NCBI GenBank assembly: GCA_030704615.1
Contig: CM060731.1
Coordinates: 2,666,001 to 2,730,000, forward strand
From: Takakia lepidozioides
Lineage: Eukaryota; Plantae; Bryophyta
Direction of reading: 5' to 3'
Length of the DNA stretch: 64,000 nucleotides
Below the pieces are notes generated by a model. That model saw nothing but the letters and a program-made list of their open reading frames with translations. It did no database searches and was not told the DNA's origin. The position numbers were made by a program, and so were the translations under genes. Positions within the stretch are counted from its first letter, which is position 1; every line of letters starts with the position of its first letter. Below, one piece after another: positions 13,390 through 23,914 of the stretch.

Positions 13390-14830
13390 TTTGCCCCTAG
13401 GTCTCCAAAGCCTCCATCCCGTGCCCTTGCTGTGCATACCCTGCAATCATCACACTCCACGACACCACATGTCGTTCAGCCATACTGTCGAACACTCCCT
13501 CTGCATCCTCAATGCACCCACATTTGACATACATGTCCACCAGGGCAGTGTTCAAAATGACATCAGGTGCAATTCCAGATTTGATGATGTCACCATGGAT
13601 CTCTTTGCCCTTTTCTAGGGCTGCCAGGCTTGCACAAGCATTGCAAACACACACAAACGTGATCTGGTTACACTTCACCCTTGCCCCCATCATAGGTCTC
13701 CAAAGCCTCCATCCTGTACCCCTGTTGTGCATACCCTGCAAGCATCGCGTTCCACGACACCACATCTCATTCAGCCAGAGTGTGGAATACTCCCTTCGCA
13801 TCCTGAATGCACCCACATTTGGCAAACCTGTCAGTTTAGGATGACATCTGGTACAATTCCAGCTTTGACGATGTCAGCATGGACCTCTTTCCCATTTTCC
13901 AGGGCTCCTAGGCTTGCACACGCATTGCAAACACCAACAAAGGTGATGTGGTTGGGCTTCACCGGCCCTTCGCACAACATTTGCTCATAGGTCTCCAAAG
14001 CATTCCTACCACACCCATGTTAAATCCTGCCAACATTATATTCAACGTGATCAAAGTTCATTGAGGCATTCCGTTGACCACTAGGTGTGCATTCATGATG
14101 CTCTTGCACTTAACATACATGTTCACAAGGGTGTTGAGGAGAAAAACACTTGGCGTGAATCCACTTTGGATAATGTGAGTGTGCACCTGCTTTCCAGCTT
14201 CCAGACCCTTCATTTTGACGCACTTACGCAAGAGATAGACATACATATCTGAATCTGTTGAAATGCTCTTTGGTTTAAAGGTTGTAGAGCCTCTTTCAGT
14301 ATGCCTGCCTCACAAAGCATCTTCACATGCCCAGAAGAGCCAAAAGAGGCATTATGGACTCCCTCTCTTGATCCTCTTTTAGAAGCTGTGGTCATGGTTG
14401 AGGTGCCTGATTTAAATCAGGGCTGCCAGGCCTGCAATGCACACAAACATGATGTGGCCGGGCTGAACCCCTTCCCCCATCATTTGCTCATAGGTCTCCA
14501 AAGCCTCCATCCCACGTCCCTGCTGTGCATACCCTGCAAACATCGCACTCCACGACACCACATCTCGTTCAGCCATAGTGTTGAACACTCCCTTTGCATC
14601 CTCGATGCACCCACATTTTGCATACATGTCCACTAGGGTATTGTTCAAAATGACATTTGGTACAATTCCAGCTCTGAAGGTGTCACCATGGACCTCCTTC
14701 CCCGTTTCCAGAGCTGCCAGGGCAGTGTTTAGAATGACATTAGGTACAATTCCAGCTTTGATGATATCCCCATGCACCTCTTTGCCCTTCTCAAGGGCTG
14801 CTAGGCTTGCACAAGCATTGCAATGCACAC
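13390..14830 (-). pseudogene. PLS-class PPR fragments carried by CACTA-1
   Basis: Several P-L-S triplets plus an N-terminal segment (MLCEAGILKEAL...GKQVHTHIIQSG) placed out of order, with stops and frameshifts. No E/DYW domain seen. Confidence 0.9.
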
Positions 14831-15879
14831 ATGGGACAAAGTAGAACAACAAGAAACCCACATCATAGAGGAGAGAGAGGTTCTCACCTTATCACGACCT
14901 TTGACAAACACAAGAATGGGTTGGTTGGTGTCAAGAGGGCGAGGTCGGATTCGGCTGCCACCAGAATCAACAGGAGTGGATGCAAGCATACGTTTTCTTG
15001 ATAGAGGAGCTTCCTCCTCTTCTTGGCCTACCACTTCGGGCATCAGCTCCTGCTCCTTCAAAGGATTCTCCTTATGTGTGATAAGTGCATGTGCCTCATC
15101 CCAAACTTGTCTCTCTGATAAGAATGCTTTGCTTGGACATTCAACAATTGATTCATACCTGCTCTCGGACTGGGGCCAGGCATACACACATCAGAAAGGA
15201 AGACAAAGGATATGCCACCAATTGTAACCCTTGGCCATAATACATTAAGGGCGTACTCCCTGCAGGATGCCTTTCTGGAGCTATTGTAAGGCTTTGAACC
15301 GCAATATATAAAACTAGGTCAAGAGTGCTGAATTGCTTACAACAATCCCAAAAAAAGGAACGCATGAGTAAGAGAGAGAGAGAGGGTAGACCCTGGCTGA
15401 AACAGACAAGCCAGAAAGAGCAGAGAAGACTGCATACCTCTCCATGGGACAACTGCTGATCCATGCTTGGGTCAACTGGGAGAGATGAACTCTCTGCACA
15501 CATGGAGGCCATCATTTGCTGGCGACTGAGGGTTTTCCCCTGTAACAACATACCTTCTTGGAAGCTCAAAGTTTCAGCATGCATCTTATCTCCCACTGTC
15601 CTCTCAAGAGGAGACTCTACCACCGTCTCCAATATCTTCCCATTTAGGCTCTCTGTGTGCTCAATATCTGTAAACTTATCTAGTTTCAAAGCCTCTGAGG
15701 GGGGCTGCTATTTCATGAGCGGCATGAGCATGAGCGGCATGAGCATGAGCGGAAAAAAAAAAAGCATGAGCAGACCATTGTAAGTCCACGGAAATAGGGT
15801 TAGGAGGCACGGAAATAGGGTCATGTGAAGTTGGAATGTGGCACCAGTGGACTTGAAATGCAACATTTTATTGCATTTA

Positions 15880-16816
15880 CTTGCCGAAAATGGCTAAGTC
15901 CCAGATCTGACTAGGCCCGGAACTGGAAAAATGGCGCCGAATTTCCGATTTTGGTGCCAGTCAGATCTGGGACTTAGCCATTTTAGGCCCCGAACTAGAA
16001 CAATGGCGTTTTTTTTTTTTTTTTTTTTTTTTTTCGGTGCCATTTTACTTGTTCGGGGCCTAAAATGGCTAAGTCCCAGATCTGACTGGGCCCGGAACTG
16101 GAAAAATGGCGCCGAATTTCCGATTTTGGTGCCAGCCATTCTAGGGACTTAGCCATTTTCGGCCCTGAAAGTACCCACTGGCTATGCCTCTGCTTTCAAA
16201 AAACATGTGGTCAAACAAAAGTTGAGCCAATTGAAGTCGCTCTAGTACTTGAGATGGAGAGTGGGTGAGGTCTGTATGGTGGAGTCTTTTAGCAAAGGTG
16301 CCATTGGCTTGACTTATATAACGTGATAGAATGGTTTCTCCTCTTTTCACCATTTCCGTATCACTAGAAGAAGATCTGCTTACATCTATAAGTGCAAGGT
16401 GTTAGCATAGTTAACACTTGTGTGTGGAAAAGAGCTTGATAGATAGCTCTTAAGTTACAAGCTGTTGCAGGGTTTGCAAGAAGAAAATCTTGTGGTGTTT
16501 ATGTACAAGAGGAGGTCTTCAAGAAGAGCATCATTGAAAGTTTGAGAGCTTGTGAAGAAGCTCTTGTTCTGCAAGTGTTGCAGGGTTTGAGGAGTTCAAG
16601 AAGAGCTCGGGTGTTAAGGAAGCAAGTGGTGCATGTGTGGAGTATGGTTTCAGCTTGTGGGAGTCTTCAACTTCCATTTTTCCTGTTCGGGGCCGAAAAT
16701 GGCTAAGTCCCAGATCTGACTGGGCCCAGAACTGGAAAAATGGCGCCGAATTTCCGATTTTGGGTGCCAGTCAGATCTGGGACTTAGCCGTTTTCAGCCC
16801 GGAACTGCAAAATATC

Positions 16817-16849
<33 letters not shown>

Positions 16850-18006
16850 CGGCGCGATTTCACCAGTTCGGGCCCGAAAATGGCTAAGTCCCAGATCTGA
16901 CTGGGCCCAGAAATGGAAAAATGGCGCCGAATTTCCGATTTTGGGTGCCAGTCAGATCTGGGACTTAGCCGTTTTCGGCCCCGAACTAAAAAAATGGCGT
17001 TTTTTTTTTTTTTTTTTCCGGCGCCTTTTTTCCATTTCGTTGCCGAAAATGGCTAAGTCCCAGATTTGACTGGCACCAAAATCGGAAATTCGGCGCCATT
17101 TTTCCAGTCATGCAGGTAATTCGAAGAGCGGATGGATGGAAATCCGGCGCCGGATTTCCATCCATCCGCTCTTCGAATTACCTGCATGACTGGAAAAATG
17201 GCGCCGAATTTCCGATTTTGGGTGCCAGTCAGATCTGGGACTTAGCCGTTTTCGGCACCAAACAAGAAAAATGGCGTTTTTTTTTTTTTTTTTTTTTTTT
17301 TCGGCGACTTTTTTCCATTTCGTTGCCGAAAATGGCTAAGTCCCAGATCTGACTGGCACCAAAATCGGAAATTCGGCGCCATTTTTCCAGTCATGCAGGT
17401 AATTCGAAGAGCGGATGGATGGAAATCCGGCGCCGAATTTCCATCCACCAGGTAAGTCGGCGAGCAAAATTTCCGTCATGCAGGTAATTCGAAGAGCGGA
17501 TGGATGAAAATTCGGCGCCGGATTTCCATCCATCCGCTCTTGGAATTACCTGCATGACTGGAAAAATGGCGCCGAATTTCCGATTTTGGGTGCCAGTCAG
17601 ATCTGGGACTTAGCCGTTTTCGGCCCCAAACAAGAAAAATGGCGTTTTTTTTTTTTTTTTTTCGGCGACTTTTTTCCATTTCGTTGCCGAAAACGGCTAA
17701 GTCCCAGATCTGACTGGCACCCAAAATCGGAAATTCGGCGCCATTTTTCCAATCATGCAGGTAATTCCAAGAGCGGATGGATGGAAATCCGGCGCCGGAT
17801 TTTCATCCATCCGCTCTTCGAATTACCTGCACGACGGAAATTTTGCGCGCCAACTTACCTGGTGGATGGAAATCCGGCGCCGGATTTCCATCCATCCGCT
17901 CTTGGAATTACCTGCATGACTGGAAAAATGGCGCCGAATTTCCGATTTTGGTGCAAGTCATATCTGGGACTTAGCCATTTTCGGCCCCGAAATGGAAAAA
18001 TGGCGC

Positions 18007-18048
<42 letters not shown>

Positions 18049-18748
18049 GCCATTTTTCCATGTCGGGGCCGAAAATGGCTAAGTCCCAGATCTGACTTGC
18101 ACCAAAATCGGAAATTCGGCGCCATTTTTCCAGTCATGCAGGTAATTCCAAGAGCGGATGGATGGAAATCCGGCGCCGGATTTCCATCCACCAGGTAAGT
18201 TGGCGCGCAAAATTTCCGTCGTGCAGGTAATTCGAAGAGCGGATGGATGAAAATCCGGCGCCGGATTTCCATCCATCCGCTCTTGGAATTACCTGCATGA
18301 TTGGAAAAATGGCGCCGAATTTCCGATTTTGGGTGCCAGTCAGATCTGGGACTTAGCCGTTTTCGGCAACGAAATGGAAAAAAGTCGCCGAAAAAAAAAA
18401 AAAAAAACGCCATTTTTCTTGTTTGGGGCCGAAAACGGCTAAGTCCCAAATCTGACTGGCACCCAAAATCGGAAATTCGGCGCCATTTTTCCAGTCATGC
18501 AGGTAATTCCAAGAGCGGATGGATGGAAATCCGGCGCCGAAGTTTCATCCATCCGCTCTTCGAATTACCTGCACGACGGAAATTTTGCGCGCCAACTTAC
18601 CTGGTGGATGGAAATCCGGCGCCGGATTTCCATCCATCCGCTCTTGGAATTACCTGCATGACTGGAAAAATGGCGCCGAATTTCCGATTTTGGTGCAAGT
18701 CAGATCTGGGACTTAGCCATTTTCGGCCCCGAAATGGAAAAATGGCGC

Positions 18749-18786
<38 letters not shown>

Positions 18787-21540
18787 GCCATTTTTCCATG
18801 TCGGGGCCGAAAATGGCTAAGTCCCAGATCTGACTTGCACCAAAATCGGAAATTCGGCGCCATTTTTCCAGTCATGCAGGTAATTCCAAGAGCGGATGGA
18901 TGGAAATCCGGCGCCGGATTTCCATCCACCAGGTAAGTCGGCGCGCAAAATTTCCGTCGTGCAGGTAATTCGAAGAGCGGATGGATGAAAATCCGGCGCC
19001 GGATTTCCATCCATCCGCTCTTCGAATTACCTGCATGATTGGAAAAATGGCGCCGAATTTCCGATTTTGGGTGCCAGTCAGATCTGGGACTTAGCCGTTT
19101 TCGGCCCCGACATGGAAAAATGGCGTTTTTTTTTTTTTTTTTTTTTTTTTGGCGCCTTTTTTCCATTTCGGGGCCGAAAATTTGCTAAGTCCCAGATCTG
19201 ACTTGCACCAAAATCGGAAATTCGGCGCCATTTTTCCAGTCATGCAGGTAATTCCAAGAGCGGATGGATGGAAATCCGGCGCCGGATTTCCATCCACCAG
19301 GTAAGTCGGCGCGCAAAATTTCCGTCGTGCAGGTAATTCGAAGAGCGGATGGATGGAAATTCGGCGCCGGATTTCCATCCATCCGCTCTTGGAATTACCT
19401 GCATGACTGGAAAAATGGCGCCGAATTTCCGATTTGGGTGCCAGTCAGATCTGGGACTTAGCCGTTTTTGGCCCCGACATGGAAAAATGGCGTTTTTTTT
19501 TTTTTTTTTTTTTTTTTTTTGGCGCCATTTTTCCATTTCGGGGCTGAAAATGGCTAAGTCCCAGATCTGACTTGCACCAAAATCGGAAATTCGGCGCCAT
19601 TTTTCCAGTCATGCAGGTAATTCCAAGAGCGGATGGATGGAAATCCGGCGCCGAATTTCCATCCGCCAGCTAGGTCGGCGCGCAAAATTTCCGTCATGCA
19701 GGTAATTCGAAGAGCGGATGGATGGAAATTCGGCACCGGATTTCCATCCGCAAGGTTGGTCGGAGAGCGGATGGATGGAGATCCGGCACCGGATTTCCAT
19801 CCTGCAGGTAAGTGGAATCCCGGATGGATGGAAATCCGGCGCCGAATTTCCATCCTGCAGGTAATTCGAAACCCGGATGGATGGAAATTCGGCGCCGAAT
19901 TTCCATCCTGCAGGTAATTCGAATCCCGGATGGATGGAAATTCGGCGCCGGATTTCCATCCAGCAGGTAAGTGGAATCCCGGATGATTGGAAATTCGGCG
20001 CCGAATTTCCGTCCAGCAGGTAATTCGAATCCCGGATGGATGGAAATTCGGCGCCGCATTTCCATCCAGCAGGTTACTGGAATCCCGGATGGATCGAAAT
20101 CCGGCGCCGAATTTCCATCCTGCAGGTATTTCATCGCTGAGAATTACCTTCCTGCAGGTAATTCTGATCAATGAATTACCTTCCTGTAGGTAATTCTCAG
20201 CGATGAATTACCTTCCTGCAGGTAATTCTGAGCGAGGAATTACCTTCCTACCTTCGTCGATAAGAATTACCTGCAGGAAGGTAATTCATCGCTGAGAATT
20301 ACCTGCAGGAAGGTAATTCATCGATCAGAATTACCTGCAGGAAGGTAATTCTCAGCGATGAAATACCTGCCTAATGGAAATTCGGCGCCGAATATCCATA
20401 CGCCAGCGATCCGACTTACCAGCTGGATAGAAATTCGGTGCCGGATTTCTATCCATCCGGGATTCAACTTACCTGCTGGATGGAAATTCGGCGCCGAATT
20501 TCCATCCATCCGGGATTCGAATTACCTGCAGGATGGATATGCGGCGCCGGATTTCGATTGATCCGGGATTTCACTTACCTGCTGGATGGAAATTCGGCGC
20601 CGGATTTCCATCCATCCGGGATTCAACTTACCTGCTGGATGGAAATTCGGCGCCGGATTTCCATCCATCCGGGATTCAACTTACCTGCTGGATGGAAATT
20701 CGGCGCCGAATTTCCATCCATCCGGGATTCGAATTACCTGCAGGATGGATATGCGGCGCCGGATTTCGATCGATCCGGGATTTCACTTACCTGCTGGATG
20801 GAAATTCGGCGCCGGATTTCCGTCCATCCGGGATTGCACTTACCTGCTGGGTGGAAATTCGGCGCCGAATTTCCATCCGGGGGCTGGTCTCTGTCGGAGA
20901 GGTGCCGGCCTCTCCGCCGCTCTGTTGGATATTCGGTGCCGAATTTCCGTCCGGCGGTTGAAATATGACGGCCAGGTGCCGACCTCTCCCCCCTCCCCAA
21001 CCGCATTGGAATGGCCCCGGATTGAAATTCGGCGCCGTTTTCCCATCTGGGGAGGATTTTATGTCGGCCAGTTTTCAGTCTGACACCCCGACAAGACTTC
21101 CTTGGGGGGGCCCGGATGGAAATTCGGCGCCGAATCTCCATCCAAGGGATGCTCTCTGTCGAACACGTGCCGACCTCTACGCCCGAGGCGACTTCATCCG
21201 GGCGTCCCCTGTTCAATATTCGGTGCCGAATTTCCGTCCGGGGGTTGAAATGTGACGGCCAAGTGCCGGCCTCTCCCCCCTCCCCGACTGCATCCGAACC
21301 GCCCCGGATGGAAATTCGGCGCCGTTTTTCCATCTGGGGATGTTTTTATGCCGGCCAGTTTTCGGCCTGACCCCCCGACACGACTTCCTTTACCTGCTGG
21401 ATGGAAATTCGGCGCCGAATCTCCATCCAGGGGATGTTCTCTGTCGCACACGCGCCGGCCTCTGCGCCCGAGGCGACTTCATCCGGGCTTCCCCTGTTGG
21501 ATATTGGGTGCCGAATTTCCATTCGGGGGTAGTAATGTGA
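15880..21540. repeat. Modular palindromic (fold-back) repeat array inside the MULE
   Basis: Dozens of AAATTCGGCGCCGAATTT-type palindromes, GGCTAAGTCCCAGATCTGAC arms, GGATGGATGG and ACCTGCAGGT modules, and poly(T)/poly(A) tracts. Interrupted by unique DNA at ~16170-16670. Confidence 0.95.
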
Positions 21541-21826
21541 CGGCACGGTGCCGGCTTCTCCCCTTCAGCCGTCATCATCCGGACGGCCCCCCACTTTCTG
21601 ACTGCATACCGTTGGCAGTTATTGCGCAAAGACCAGGGGCCGCATTCCGGAGACAAGATTCATTAACACTCTGACTGTGGATTTTTGAGATAGTTGGCTC
21701 CCTGGATTTGGATCAGGCTTCGTCGCTCGGACAAATCGGCATCGCATTCATTCCCATCGCTGCATCCCCCTTCTACCAGGGAGCTTCCCCGCACTCCATC
21801 CTGGGAGTCTTGTGTGCACATCTCCC

Positions 21827-23914
21827 ATGGCGGAAAACCCGAGCGCTACAGTGTACTGCCCTCCTCACGAGCATAGAGCTTCATTTCCGTGCAGAGGGGA
21901 CACCTGCCGGGTGATGGAGAAATATCTGTGCGTTCGATACCACCTGAAACCGGGGTCGGTTTTTTTGGAGGAGGAAAGGAAGGACTCTAACGGCCTTGTT
22001 GTCGACAGTATTGTTGTGCTCCACGATGATTTCGGCGATGGCAGGGAATGGCGAGTTCCACCATTGGACAGCGTCATATACAGGGCTGTTGGGGACTTCA
22101 TTTGCCCGCCAAATGCACCTTCTATCCTGGCGCCTTCCACGAAACAATCCGCGAATCAGAGAGTGGCTACCTCAAAGAGAGAAGTCCGCAACGAAGTAAA
22201 TCCAGAGCCGAACCCATCCATGAAGACGAGCCAGAACCGGGTTGTTCACAACCTGTCCGACTCAGACGAGGTCATGGAAGTTCCGAGGTCGTCCTGGAGA
22301 TCAGGCAAGTCCTCAATGGACGTCAGTGGAGGAGGGAGTCATATTCCCAGCACGAGCACCGCAGTTCGATCTATTCTTGAAATTCTGCGAGGGCTTCACC
22401 TGGAGGGACACCGGTCGGAGCTGGCCGGGCTGGACTACAGCAAGTTCGCAATTAAATCGGTTACATGCCTTCCCGCCGACGTCGACGGTAATATCTTCTT
22501 TGAGTTCCCTCCTCGGGCGGACTACTCGAGGGCGTCCGGAATGTTGACAGATATGGATAGAAAACATGACGGTCATCCTTGGTGCGTTACCAAAACCACC
22601 AGCATGAAGATGCTCGATGGTGTGCGGGTGCGCTACGTTGTTTGTGCGGGCGCGTTGCGGTGTTTCTCCCCAACTTGCTTCCACTTTAAATCCAGAGGTC
22701 ACAGGAACGAGACCGATTGGACAGGCACAGCTCATCAACCATTTCGAGCTCAGGAGAAGGTTCCGAACTCCACATTTAAGTGTGCGCATTGCAAAGAACC
22801 ACCACACTGCATGTCTGTTTGTAATGCCAAGCAGTTCTATGTGTTGCACCGTTTCCCTGACCTCACACCAGCTTGCATACACGTTGGTTCCCATTGTCAC
22901 AAATTGGCGAGGGGGAACTCGCGGGAGGCTGCCCACGAAGCAGAGCAGCTCGTTCAGGAGGAGGTTAAGTTGAGATCGGGTGCCAAACCCAAACAGATAC
23001 AGCTCCAAGCCGCCCATAAGATGGCATTGGCCAGAATTATGTCGGAAGACGGCTCCGATAGAGTTCCTCTCGACGAGAAGGAAATGGAGGCATTGCTGGA
23101 GTCGGTGTCCCACGTATGTTCACCGAATGTCCGAAACCACATTGTCTCATGCAAACAGAAAATTGGGCGTGGCTCGGATATGCACTCCATTCTGGAGGTG
23201 AAGCGACGATGTGGATATGACTACATTCATGGAAGTAGGTTTCCAGGACAATGGACTGAGGCAGATCGTTGTTTCGTATTCAAAATGTCCACGTGTGGAC
23301 CTGGCAGCGGCGTCGAACTGGTTGACAGGATGACGAGTAGGAACTTGTCAAACAGTTTGGTCATGTTCGACCATATCAAGTGAATTACAAATCACCAGTG
23401 GGTGACAATGGGTGCACATGTCTACGACACCCACTGCAGGATGCTAATGACAATTGCTATTTGTGAGATGAAAGGAGAGGACACACAATCGGAGATGCTT
23501 CTTTGGCAGGGAATAAACGAACAGATGGCCAAGGCGGGATTGCCCCCTCCGAATTTCCGTGGTTTCATGGCAGACAACGCACAAGCAAATTGGGCTGCCA
23601 TCCGAAGGGTGTACGGGCAAGACCCCAATGTTCCCATGGAAGGCAAGGAGAGATCTTGTGGGTTCCATTTTCTGCAAAGCCTTTCGCAGTACACAACCAG
23701 GCTCGTGGCGCCAGATTTCAGAGAGGAGCACCGTTCCATGTGCCTTGCGTGGAAGCGCGCTCCTACCTTGGATGATGCAGAGACGCAGTTTGCATGCATA
23801 CGGGCTTGGTGGACATCGTCAGGTGTTGTAAGGAAATCAGACGAGGGAGCAATGGTCAGTTGGCTAGCATGGTGGCATTATCGTTTCCTCCAGTTCGGCG
23901 ACTATATGCGGGAG
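21827..23914 (+). pseudogene. MULE-like DDE transposase with a Cys/His-rich (GCM/WRKY-like) N-terminal domain; premature stop and missing C-terminus
   Basis: ORFs 21812-23383 and 23402-23986 are in the same frame, separated by one TGA. Motifs MFDH, FMADNAQANW and SCGFH (CxxH). DGHPW...CAGALRC....C region upstream. GTGAGT splice donor at 23915 with no downstream exon found. Confidence 0.75.

Noticed and set aside
13390-14861. Functional PPR editing-factor gene
   Set aside because: Motifs are out of order and frameshifted, there is no E/DYW domain, and the block lies inside CACTA termini. The same applies to the other PPR blocks.
15894-21674. Many overlapping ORFs (MEIRRRISIHP..., poly-K/poly-F)
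   Set aside because: They arise from a stop-poor palindromic repeat and appear symmetrically on both strands.
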